Source: Catajapyx aquilonaris
Lineage: Eukaryota
Direction: 5' to 3'
Assembly: GCA_000934665.2 (NCBI GenBank)
Contig: JYFJ02001845.1
Coordinates: forward strand, 48,308 to 68,307
DNA: 20,000 nt
A model generated the notes under the pieces. The model made no database searches. It had not been told where the DNA came from and saw only the letters and a program-made list of their open reading frames with translations. Positions 1-11,999 of this stretch are shown in pieces (position 1 is the first letter of the stretch; every line of letters starts with the position of its first letter). The translations under genes and the position numbers were made by a program.

Positions 1-1789
1 TAATCTAATAATTCGATTTGCGGGGGGACGAGGTCACAGCCAGGTATTTTCTGTGTACTACCGCTGAATCCCCCGCATTGTGTCCATAATATTATTTTTA
101 GCGGATTTTGCGCAAATTTTTTTCTCTCCTCCACACGCGGTTGCAAAGCGCAGGACAATGCCATTGCCTGGCGTCATGTGTGCAAATTCCCGCCAAATCA
201 CCCGACGTCACTTTTAGAGGATTTTCAAGCCCTGGTTGTGTCAGCAAGCAAAACACGCACGGCAACGTTGCCAACGCATGTTTCGTAATGATTCGCGCAA
301 ACTTCTGCTACGAGTTTGTGAATAACTTGCAAACATTTTTTTTGTAGACATGTCATATGCTGGTAGAAGCCTCGTTACTGATGTATTTTTTTAAATTATT
401 TATTTTACCCCATGGTGAGCCATATAGGCTTTAGTGTTACTGATATAATTAACCTTCAGTTTGGATGCAGAAAAAGAGCGGTTGGCGAAAAAAAAAAACC
501 ATAAGACCTGAAAGTCACGCCCTTCCCTGTGACCACCATAATTCTCCCGGCTATAAACCCACCCCGTGAAAGTACAGGAACTGAAATTATTCCCTTCTGG
601 GAGGTATGTTGACCCGGAGTAGTCATGAATCATGCACCCGTCCATGCAGAATGAAGAAGGTCCTCGGTGAAAGAGTTTCTCAGCAAAGGTATGGCAGGGA
701 ATATAACTCGAAGAAGAAGCGTAGGAAGAAAAAAAACCACATGCATAGAATGTCCTTCTATCGTTATTTCAGGGGTAATAGTGTAGGGCAAAACAGACCG
801 CAGGCTAGAGAAATCCAACATTTGGAACGTACGTAATTAAACAAGGAAGAACCGCGCCCGCTGACTCATCGGTTGCAACTGCGGTTATTCATCGCTGGAG
901 GTAATTCCGTTTCCACTGGCGCTGGCATAGACACTTGCTTTATTAGACGCGGCTCTGGTGTGGACTTGTAGAATTTCACTACAATACTTTTTTCGCGTTT
1001 TAGCCTATCTGCAGACCTGCAAAAGGTTTTTTTTCTGCGGAAAATACAGCAAATACGTCCTGGGGACAGGGTGGAACTTGGAAGTTAAGTCTGGATGTGA
1101 AATATACGGTCGGGTCTAACTTGGGTACGGATTTAATTGGAAATGTGTATACATACGTTGGATGAAGGTTTATTACACGATGGGGAGAGAGAACGAAAAA
1201 AAAGTTTTGGTACGCAAAAACGTTACAAAATTACGGATATACTGTTGGGTCGGGAGGACAAAATGCTTCGGGCCCGCACTGTTTTTCTCAACTTGCAATA
1301 TGTTTGGAAAAGCAGAAACTGCGAAAACCTACGAATTTTGCAAAAATTCCGTATGAATTACGCAACCAGCTTTCAAAGTCAGGCTTGTAGGACGCACCCC
1401 GGCGGGCCTAAAACAGTTCCATGGGCTGTAAAATTTCATTGCGAATTTTAGTCAGGGTTTTACTATAAAACGATTCGACAATTTTAATTATATTTACCAC
1501 ACCAGAGTTCAAGCTGTCCTGTCCTTATAGTTTACAAAGCGACGGATTTGCGACACAATAACAGTAATCCAAATAGGTCAAGTAATCCGGCCGTTGCGCA
1601 TCCCACAATAATTACAAAATTAATTAGTAATTTGCAGCTGGTACATCGAGGCCACGTTTCTTCATCGCAACTCCATTTCGGTACGAATCAAGATTTCTCC
1701 CATAAGATGTCCCAGAAGCAGCAAATGCACTTGCTCACTTCCACCAGACCAAGCCAAAACCTTCCCCCGAGGGCCCATGGGACTTTGCA

Positions 1790-1890
1790 AGCCCCACTAC
1801 CTTTTCCACTAGCCCCCCCCATTCCCCATACCCTACCTTCCACATTACCAGGCCTCCACCATTCCCATTTGCATTTCCCATTTCATCCCC
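1790..1890 (+). repeat. C-rich low-complexity tract with degenerate CCCATT/CATTT units
   Basis: Contains agccccccccattccccataccc and ccattcccatttgcatttcccatttcatcccc, with very few G on the + strand. This explains the Pro/His/Leu-rich end of ORF 1548..1952. Confidence 0.7.
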
Positions 1891-2089
1891 TGCTTCTCAC
1901 GAACATTAAATTTTCACCACCGATTCACGCCCGAATCGGATTTGCTACTTAGGTCTTGGAATTTCACGCTACCGGTATGATGAGAGTCGCCGGCATCAAT
2001 AATTTCTATAATTGCTAACCGGGGTATGATTAATATTGTATGAGGGCTGATAGGTTATATCACTCTCGACACTGGGACTGCCGCACTCA

Positions 2090-2103
2090 CTCTCTCTCTC
2101 TCT
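2090..2103 (+). repeat. (CT)7 microsatellite
   Basis: ctctctctctctct read directly. Confidence 0.8.
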
Positions 2104-5100
2104 AACCCCTGGGCCAAACTATCCAAAACACATCTGCTCAAAGGTACGTAAATGCCCCCAAAAGTGTCAGCATATGGTACAAAAACATGGCATTATCAAA
2201 CGCAATCTATGAGTTAACTTGAATGCAAACATCGTGTCGTGTTCATTGCCTGGACTGTCCGGCTTTTTCACCCAGCATTATGCTTCGGGACGGAATAAAT
2301 AATCTCAAATGGCTACGTACGACCTGTGAATAATATATTCAGAGCACGAAAACCAAGGATGTAGGGCGCTAATTCTCGCAGGATTAGTTGGCTGGGGGTT
2401 TTGCGGTCGCAAAAAAACTCCGCATAAAATATAGAGAAGGAGGTGCAAGTTTTGCATACGGTGGCCTTCATTTACTCTAGATTTCCATCCATTCAGGAAG
2501 AAGATTAACAGAATTGATCAGTGTTTTGGACCAGGAAAAAAAAATATTGGCATCGTCGCAAGCATGTCGCAAAATGCAAATTAGGGCCAGACATGAATAT
2601 ATTCCCGGACGTCTCCGGAGATTTTTGTCTTTTGGATTTGAAGAGAAAGGGCCTTCCCTTTTTTGGGAGGCCGAAACTCGAGCCAAGTTGGCTCCTCATC
2701 CCGGAAATTCGAGTTTGGGCCGGAAACCCTATAACCCCCATTACGACACGTGCGGCCCTGGACATGAAAAATCTCCTCGGGCAGGCCTGAAATTACTTGT
2801 TCAGACAACTCTAGCGTGTACCACTTCTGGGTTAATAAAGTAAAGATGATGAATTATCAGCCGCTGGTTATAACTGTCAGGCGTAACTACACAAAAGTGC
2901 GTCAGAAATTGCATTACACAACTATACTATATAAACTAACATTGAATGAAACTGGGGCAACACAATTTGCCTGAATATTACCACTAACTTTCGAGAAGGC
3001 ACCAGGGTAAACCATTTTCACTGCAATATTCTCCATTGCACTTGAGTGAAACTACGCAACTTCAAAATCGCGTTGAAGTTGTACCCATTGCATGCCTTAG
3101 TTATAAAATGTTAATAAGCAGGCCAAATAGTACGCGGTCCCTTTACCCTAGGGCTCTCGTTGGTAAAGCACAAGTTTCACCGACGATTTGAAACAGCAGC
3201 GCAATTTCTAAGCATTCCATTCACTTAAAGTACGTTGCAAAAAAAAATCTGCCTGTAGTGTCTGGGATGGCATTTCTGGAGGCTCGATATCCCTTCACCT
3301 GGCCCCCTTCAATAGGCCATTGTCAGGGACTAAACTTGTGCCCTTTGGGCTCCTGGAGACAGGCAGCGGAGCAGAACGTGAGCAACTCTGCTCGGAATAC
3401 GCAACGCCCCTTGCAGCAGCACAAAAGGGATAGTCTCCAGAAGATGAGGCCTCGATATGTGTCCATGGCCAGCTCCTCTTTAAAACGTCTTACCAGAGAA
3501 GACGGAGAAGCACTTTGTCTCCAGCCTTCTCAAAACCCGAAAACCCAGCAAAGGAACCTCAAACCCTTCCTTTCCTTACTCACACCCGAACGGATTGCTG
3601 GAGAAGTAAGAAGACGGGAGACTGAGTTTTACATCGGATAAGCCGACTCGGCGAGATTTGCGCGGTCAATATCCGCGAACCTGTTCTTGAGACCTTTTAG
3701 CCCGACAACCCCCCAGGAGAACGTGCGGTCTTACGCCTAAACGCCCACGCTCTCAAATCAGCGCTGCATATTTTGAGTGAAAACCTGCTTGGGTCTAACA
3801 CCATCTGGCTTCCGAACTGCATCTATAGCTCTATTAAAATGTTCCGACAAGTCAAAATATTGCCATTATTCTTACTCATATTTTTGTACTAAACTACAGT
3901 ACAGAAATAATATGGAAATGACATTGTCGAACACTGTACAGCTTTATACCAGGATGAATAATGGCCTAAACTCTGCTGGATAGCCCTACAGTGTGCATGG
4001 CTCGTAATGCACAATATAGTGCATTACTTTGAACGTTAAAAAAGTACCGATTGATCTACGCACGCTATTAAAATCCCCAGGAAAATTGCCGCGACTCAAG
4101 CGATTGGATAACAAGGATTAATTAGTAGCCAGCCGTATATCCTCTTACTACAAACATTGGATTCAAAAAACGAGTGTCGCCCGAAGAGGGGTCAACGATT
4201 AAGCCAAAATGTCATCATCACGGGATAATGAAAATTCGATAAGGCCGGAGCTTTTTGACGGCAAATTCTGCCGCCACAGAGATCCATCCTCTCTTCATTA
4301 AAAAAATAGAGCAAGTGGAGGCTTAGAAACACTCTTTTTCAAGCCATTTTAAATACTGTTTGATCATAATTCGCAAGAGTTTGAAAAAAAGGAATTTTTT
4401 TGCACATTTCTGGGACGCATCAAGTTGGAAGAGAAATTTCGCCTGGGTATAAAAAACAAGGTTCTAGCCGAGTATTGGCTGCCATACGATATATAAAGTT
4501 GCACGTTGACAGTGTCGTTGGATAAGCTGTCGGGAAGTCTTGATGGAACTTGGGGAGCTGCACTGCGTCATTCAAATGCAGACCTTCCCCCTTTTTCTAT
4601 AGCCTGCTATTACAACACTTTTCCGGTCAGGTCAGGTAGGAAAATGCCGATTTTATAAAGCGATAGGGTTTAAGCCCTTCAGCCATTAAAACAATTAACA
4701 ATAATGGCTGCCCGACATGTTTCATTTCCGGTTGCGATTTTGACGGCTGTTATTCTCATTCCCGTCATTCCCCCAGTTTTAATGGTCGGACCCCCCTCCA
4801 AGCATCGTAATTCCTAATTCTAATGCATTTCCCCACCGACAAAGACTACATGACTGCAATGAATAACCACGACATTATATGGAAACCTGCATTTAATATT
4901 TTCCTTTGGAAACAAGCAAAATCCAGGCCGATTCTTGGCATCAAAGGAGCACAATAATTTCGGGTCGAGGCTGGGGGAAGTTACAAAGATGCAACAACAC
5001 AAAGTTTTGGGCCTGGTTAAGAGCATTACTGCCACTCACGTGCGTAAAACTGAAGGAGAATTTATCGATTGGGTTTTGTAGGAAGCCGGTGTAACTTTGC

Positions 5101-7058
5101 TGCACTGTTTGTGCTGCTCTGCTCAGAGGAAGCCAACTTGGAAGGACTTATTGCACGCGGGGTCCTGCAAGAGAAACGGCCCAGTCTGTTCCGGGGGGGT
5201 CTTGCCTCCAAAGGCTTTTAGTATAATTATTGACATGTCACAAGTTGGCCGCTGCGTTGTCCCCTAAAATCAGGCTTGAAGTTGGGAAGAAAATCAGTAG
5301 ATGGCGCATGCTGCTCCTTCCGAAATTTGGCGGCACGACATGACGGATGATTATTTTTGCGGCTTCCAGACTTGACCTTGGTGCAAACACCGGCAACACA
5401 GGCCCATAAAACACACTCTACGCATATAGGCACACATACTCCGGGGCCGTGTAATCCACCCGAGGCAGAGCCCGTGATCCTCATCGGTCAGTTTACGCGC
5501 TCATAAAATCCCGGGCTATTGCTCGGCACAATAATTAGCAATGGTGCACCGCGTGGCAATGTGTTCATATGATTATTAAATTGGAACAAAAGCCCCTGGT
5601 TTGCGACTCGCACATGCATTTCCATAGAGGTGTGCCACAATTCAACGCTGAATAGCCGCCGGGAAAATAATGCGGGCAATCCCTCCGAGACTTTGCCCGC
5701 CGCACTTTGGCTCACTGATTTTGATAACTTTGTTGTGCTGCAGACAGGGCCGGGGAAAAGTGTCGGGTATTTTGGCCCCCCATTTTTTGGGGGATAGAAA
5801 AGCAGGGGAGAGGATGTAATTTTTGGCGGTTTCAGAGATGGATGTTTGCATTACTGGGGTTCGCAGAGTCTCTAAATCAATGCCAGAGAAATTTAATGCT
5901 CTTCCAAATTGCACTCCACATCTGTGTCTTTCCATAGAGCGACAATCGATCAATATGACCATTAGCGATAAGGGCTGGCTAAAAAGGCTGTTAATTGGGA
6001 GGTAAATAGTTGTTTGCACTGAGAAGAGTGCACTACTCAACCTGCATTTCTGGAAATGTTGGAAAAGTTGTGATCACACACAGATAATTAGCCGGAGATT
6101 AATTATCGACTGGGGGAAAATACGGGCTGAATGACACAACACTGCACACATTGTGAAACACTCTACCATCGTAACATGATTCTTCAATTATTGAAGGTTC
6201 AATTTGCGTCATTCACGAATTAGATTTTTGGCACGCACTGACTGTTTACAACCCACAAACCATATGCACATACCATTCACTACATAAACCCGTGATGTAA
6301 AATTATTAACAATTTCATTTCAGGTTTTGCTAATTGGGCAAGGCAAAGTGACTAAAGGCTATCTGACGCATTTCGAATTATTTTAATCCGACGGCACATG
6401 ACCTGCTTATGTAGACGTTCAAAGAATATAATAAAACTATTTTATTCAATATGTACACTTACTGTTAGTGAAAGAATTGGGCATATGTGAATGTAGACTA
6501 CTGATGCATTTTGATATTTAAAGCAACAGACCGATGTAAAAAATACATCCCAATTTAATGCCCCTGAATAATAGATGTGCATGAACATATGCGCATAATT
6601 AAGAAAAATGTACAATGCGCATAACTGCAATAAAATTATTCCATGCTTTCATTTATACAGTGTCACCCACGGTAAATAATACTATGCAGAGCAACGAATT
6701 CCTTCAGGCAATAAACTCTGAAAGGGTTAGATCTACGCATCCCGTAGCTAGCATGATTTATTAAAATAATATTTAAACTTGAGAGACAGTCAAAACATTG
6801 GCTGCAGCAGATGTATCAAGCATACATCAGATCAGTTGGGTTCATAAGGTGAAAATTTGAAGCAAATACCTGCAACTCACATTAAAACATTTCCCATTCC
6901 TCCCAAATTTTTTCCATGCTGATTACAAAACAAAGCACTCCCGCTCGCAAAATAGCAACACGTCGAGTTGTTTGCCGAAAGAGTTCGCACTTCTCCTCCA
7001 CTCTAATTCTTCGCTCGCTCGCAAATTCTCCCCGAATTCCAGCTTTGTGAAATCTGAA

Positions 7059-7071
7059 CCCCCCCCCCCCC
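7059..7071 (+). repeat. Poly-C homopolymer (C13)
   Basis: Read directly. Confidence 0.9.
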
Positions 7072-7370
7072 TGAAACAAGATTCACAACGCTCCGCAATG
7101 AACCAACGACACAGAGAAACCTACAGTTCGAACCCATTTTCAAAAAAAATTAAATATTGCTGACCACAACAGAGTTTCTCCCGTTACACAACAGAAATGA
7201 CACGGATACTAGGCAAGCCTGCATTGCATAACCCCTGCTTCCAAAACTATAGAACCATCCCCAAAGCATAAACTTTGTGATGGGACGAAACCCTATCCCA
7301 CACAGCAATTACACGCTTCTGGCTCCAGGCAACCCTCTAAGTTGGCCAACCGAACAAACTCTCTTAACCC

Positions 7371-7953
7371 TCCCCCGGATAAAAAAAAGAAGAAATCGAC
7401 TGAGAACCACTCTATACTTCTCCTGGTCTGACCAGAGAGCTTATCAGCCTCGGATAGCATGCAGAGTCGATGGAGCTCACATTACCCTTTTCCCCGGAAC
7501 TGACTTTTCGCCCCGGAAAAAAAAGGATCCGGGGGGAAGTGCTGGATGAGCACAACCGGAGCGTCAATCGACAAAAGCACCCCCACGTTTTCCAACGACA
7601 CCTAGTCCACCTTAGGGGCCACCGGAGACCTGAGGGGGGATCCCAGAATTGCTAGATCAGGATCCCTGGTTTTTTTTGTATCCGGGACACCAAATAGAGG
7701 TCACTTGCTCCTGTGGGGGGAAAAAGAAAAGTCCCCGCGAATGGGAAACGGCTAATTGCCCCAGGTGGCTATCCCAAACTACCATTCCGGTTAATACGGT
7801 TCGGATTCAGATCGAGGGTCCCCAGGAAGTACCACATCTGCCTACGGGGTAGGGGGGCCTAACCCCGTTTTCCGGGGGATTCGGCCCCATTATCAGGATG
7901 CGGCCCGGAGAGATTCCGGAGAAAGATGATGGTAGGTTGGAGAGTTCATCCGG
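7371..7953. repeat. CCGG-dense block with short direct and inverted motif copies
   Basis: Twelve CCGG counted at 7375, 7494, 7513, 7529, 7556, 7622, 7682, 7787, 7872, 7905, 7916 and 7950, all as TCCGG and/or CCGGA, often beside C/G or A/T runs. No fixed period. Confidence 0.55.
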
Positions 7954-10900
7954 TTCGTGGTCGGGTTTTTGCCCGCTGAGCTGAACCTACCAGGGCCTTT
8001 TTGCGGCTGTATACTTGGGGCCTAAGTTGGGTCCCGCCGCTAAAGACCTCAAATGGGAGGGGTTTTAAAAGCAGATGCTTCTTATCAGCCAGCACCTTTT
8101 GGCTAAGAGGTAAATTTAAAGTCAAATGGTAGAAGGAACGAAATATTATTTTATTGTACGTATTTTGCCTGTTGCGTACTTGATTTAGCGAAAACTAATA
8201 TCAACCATAACCCTAAACTTAGAGCGTTTTATTCACAGAAAGGACCCAAGTGAGACGCTTGTTAAATTACACAATATCTATAATACTACATTATTCAAAC
8301 AATTTCTCACACAAATTATAAGCACACTGGAAATAACATGCGTAACGACATCTCGAGTTAATCTGCTTTTCCGCAGTGTTTCGAAAATAATCTACTCCAT
8401 TTACAAACCCTTAGTGAGGCTTGGCGGAATTTATCAATAACTCTTCCGGCCTGCAAAATATATTTCCCAAAGTTTCCGGTACGTGCTCGTATGAGATTAT
8501 TTCCGCGAAAATTCACATACCATGCATAATTCCCCAAGCAGCAATATTCCCTTACCCTGGTTCGAGCCCGATAAGGAAACCACCTCAAGGCCGTGTACAT
8601 TGTATTTCAGTACGATGCGCCAGATAAGTCAGCCGAATATTGAAATTCATTGCTTCCAGACATTTTAATAAAGGATGCACCCGCCTCCATTGCATTAGGT
8701 ATAACTCCTTTATTAATGGGTGGGTATAGTACAGTACCGTGTGCGAGCAAGGAAAGGAATTTAGCTTTCTCCAACTTACTGAAGATACACACATTTTTTA
8801 AAGTGCTATGGGAATAGGAAGTTCAGCTGAACTGACTCATCCTGGAAGTCCGCTAACCTTTGCGACACTATTGCATCACCTGCTGCCTATTTTCAAGGGG
8901 CTAGTGTTAATTTACTGCGGGAGACATTGAGCACTACACTATTGTTGAACTTTAAAGTTGCAATTGCGATTGTTTTGCCTAGTTGCAGTAAATCTAATCC
9001 ATCCCCACAACTTGGTACGGAAACCGGTAAAATACCTCATTCTACTATTCCCTCTTGGCAAATAAAAAAGAAAGTCCTCCTGGGGATTTTTTTTGGAGCG
9101 AACTATTGATCCTTCAGGCCCCACAGCTTAATTGACCAAAATAGCAAGTTCTCAAATAAATCCTAAGCCCGGTTTCGACAGGCTTCCCCCAAAAAATACA
9201 CGCAAGTCTTCCCTCCTAAGTAAATGGCGAATTCGCATAGCCTACTTACAGGTCCAGTTTACCATCCAAGCTCTCAAATAACAACTCAGGCCCCGTTTCT
9301 CATCCTCCCATGAGAGTGAGCCTCTGAACTGATTGTAGTGCAGCATCGAGGTATAATTCTGAGAGGGTTGGATAGAGTGGTCTTCTCGCCAAGAGGGCCA
9401 TCACTTGACTCGGAAAAGATGGATCGCAGAAACCCCCAATACCGGTCATGAATCATAATCACGCAGGAAGAAGCCTCCGGTTTTTGGGACTCGGAAAAAA
9501 AAACTTGATGTATGGAGTCCTCCGGATATGAGTCCACAGGTGGTGGAGGGGGACACCGGATTCAAAAACCGGTGAGAAATGCGGGCAACTCTCCCACGTC
9601 AATCATATTCCCAACTTTATATGCTTGGGAAATCCTGCCCGCTCATTTAAACCAGCATTAGGCAAATACTGATGAAGCCTAATTTAAACTTGGCAGCCGT
9701 AACTAGTTCCCCATCAAGGTACGAGGCTTGCTTTTGAAAAGTAAGGAGAGGCGTTATTTATCATCCTAATTATGCTTTGTTTGGCGTGCGATTTTGCTGC
9801 CTTGGGATGCCCAGGTGGGCCGCAAAAAAATGGGCTCCGGATATTGGCTGGGCTATAATGCAAAATTAGACCGTGTCCACTGGTGCGGAGGAAAATTACT
9901 CAATTTTATGACTCGTTTACGATTCGCTTTCTTTTGCATTAAAAATGCGCGGGTCGACTATATGCATCGCATTACGAGCAGTGTTTAAAATCAACACCAA
10001 CTTTTTTATTATTCGCAGCACAAATTATCACAATGATGAGACCAAGAGACTATAGAGTGTAACGCGCATGAACGCGGATTACTCCCGGTCTAGAAAATAA
10101 CAGCCAAGGCAAACACGAATCGGACTAATTAGCCTATAATCTATTACAGCTTACGTAGCCTCGTTACAAGCCTGCACCTGGCAAATTTTTGCTATCCATC
10201 CGTGATATGACACAGCAAGATGGGTCTCATAATCGCACGTAACAACCCAGATAAAAGGCTCATGCACATTTTGACAATTGTCCTAAATGCTTAATCGTTA
10301 TTAAGAGGAAAAATCTGGCGCTTGCTTCTAGCAGATTGATAAGATTTTTTTTTTTTACTTTCCCCTGTGCAGGATATTTAACACGAAATCCGACCCGTTC
10401 ACGTGTGTACATTGCCCCTGGTCGTTTTGATTGATGCAGGCAAGGCACGCCCGAAATGTTTGTCCAGCGTTCAGGCTCCATGTGTAAACCGCAGCTGCTG
10501 GCTACGGAAGAGTTTTAATTACTTTTGCAATTTACTAGCCTGGCCCTTGTACCGACCAGCACTCATGCTCTTCCTAAGGGAAGGTGGAGCCTCTTTCGGG
10601 GCCCGCACAACTTTGTCTTCTCCCCCAAAAAAAGTGAAGAAGAGTTGTTTACCGCCCGAGCAAACAGCTGTTGCCATATCTATTACGTGTACCGATTTAA
10701 TTAGGGCGGCAGTTATAATAGCCCTTATGGCGCTGGGACAGCAATAAGATTCCAGTTGGCCACAACTGCAGGCTTGTTCTCAGAAATGGTGGGTGGAAAC
10801 TCCTAAAATAATTATCCAGAATGTCCACTCGATTAGGTCTGTATTTCTCCTCTGTTTTTTATCCGGAACCATCCGCATCACCGGTGTTGGAATGAACCGG

Positions 10901-11175
10901 TCCGCTTTTTTTTTTAGTTCCGCAATCAAAGCAATTTGGTCAGTTTATGGGATATTTTGCCGCCCCTGTTATTGAGATTTATGATTTTATGCATAGAACA
11001 ATGCGCGGGTTAATTATCAAGTTATAAAAGGCAGCTTTTAAACATGGAACCTACGCAATTAATCCAGTGCGGGGTATTACTCAAATCCTCCTGCCATAGT
11101 CGAACGTCAAATATTTGTAATGTTAATCCACAATTCAATATACTGTATGCACTCAGGCAAAAATTCTTATTAGGC

Positions 11176-11226
11176 TATTAATTATTAAAATACTATTATT
11201 AAATTATTATTAATATTATAATTAAA
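11176..11226. repeat. AT-only low-complexity tract, degenerate (ATT)n
   Basis: 51 bp with a single C. ATTATTAA occurs at 11181, 11195 and 11206. Confidence 0.8.
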
Positions 11227-11964
11227 GCAGGTTGAAAGACTGGAGTGCACACGAGGCAGGTCGCAGTTTAGTGCCCTCGTATGAATTAATCGAGTCGATG
11301 ATTTTGGCAAGTTTTTCTGAAGAGCCTCGAGCGCTTTTTTTTCATCTTCCGGTCTGAAAAACATCCGAGTGGATTCGCCCTCGACCTGTTTATCAAATAT
11401 GCCTCCTGGCGTATTTGCAGAAAATTAATTTGCATTTCCACTCGTTCTCCCAGATAGTTTATAATAACACGCACCAGAGCTTAAGATATATATTTTTTTC
11501 AATTCGCCAGATTTAATATCCAGGATTTTTGGAGGGACCTTGAAAAATATTTATTACTGATGAACACCATTTTGTGCAGAGCAATAACACCTGTAATATA
11601 ATTCAACATCAAACATGGGATTTGATTACGCTCTGTGTACAAATCAATCTGTTGACACAAATAGTCATAGAAAAATCTCCATGGACTGATTCAGCATCAA
11701 AAACTATTTTTTTGTCCCCACCAAAATTCCGACTTTTAACCAACTTACTGACCACCTCTCGGACCAATTTTCGTCTCGATTACTGTAAGCAAAACCGGCA
11801 AGAATCATCCGGTGGAGTGGGAGACCCCCCAAAAAACAAGCTTTTTCTGTAGACTCTATCTTACTGGCTTCTGGCCGTCTTTGGCTCCTCTTATTCTTCC
11901 TGTTCCTTTCTGGAAAATGGGAGCTGAGCGTGGCGGAGGCGATTTTCTTCTCGAGGTGCGAGTT

Positions 11965-11999
11965 GGAAGGAGGGAGGGGAGGGGAGGGGGGAGTTGGGG
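11965..11999 (+). other. Polypurine (GGGGA)n-like tract matching the canonical G-quadruplex motif
   Basis: ggaaggagggaggggaggggaggggggagttgggg: 29 uninterrupted purines (11965-11993). G-tracts at 11972, 11976, 11981, 11986 and 11996, the first four separated by single A. Confidence 0.75.

Noticed and set aside
1548..1952. Longest ORF (134 aa)
   Set aside because: It has a TTG start and a low-complexity Pro/His/Ser peptide explained by the C-rich, stop-poor composition. No domain is recognisable.
2646..2672. Terminator-like hairpin aaaggg/cccttt plus T-run, with alternative stem ggccttccc/gggaggcc
   Set aside because: The stems are short and driven by homopolymers, and there is no credible upstream gene.
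2477..2843. Five overlapping ORFs on both strands
   Set aside because: The stretch is locally stop-poor and none of the peptides looks like a known protein.
6069..6107. Palindrome tgtgatcaca and 8-bp inverted repeat gataatta/taattatc
   Set aside because: These are short AT-rich matches within chance expectation.
8559..8569. GGTTCGAGCCC tRNA T-loop/B-box-like motif (also AGTTCGAACCC near 7125)
   Set aside because: There is no complete T-stem, acceptor stem or properly spaced A-box, and no cloverleaf can be drawn.
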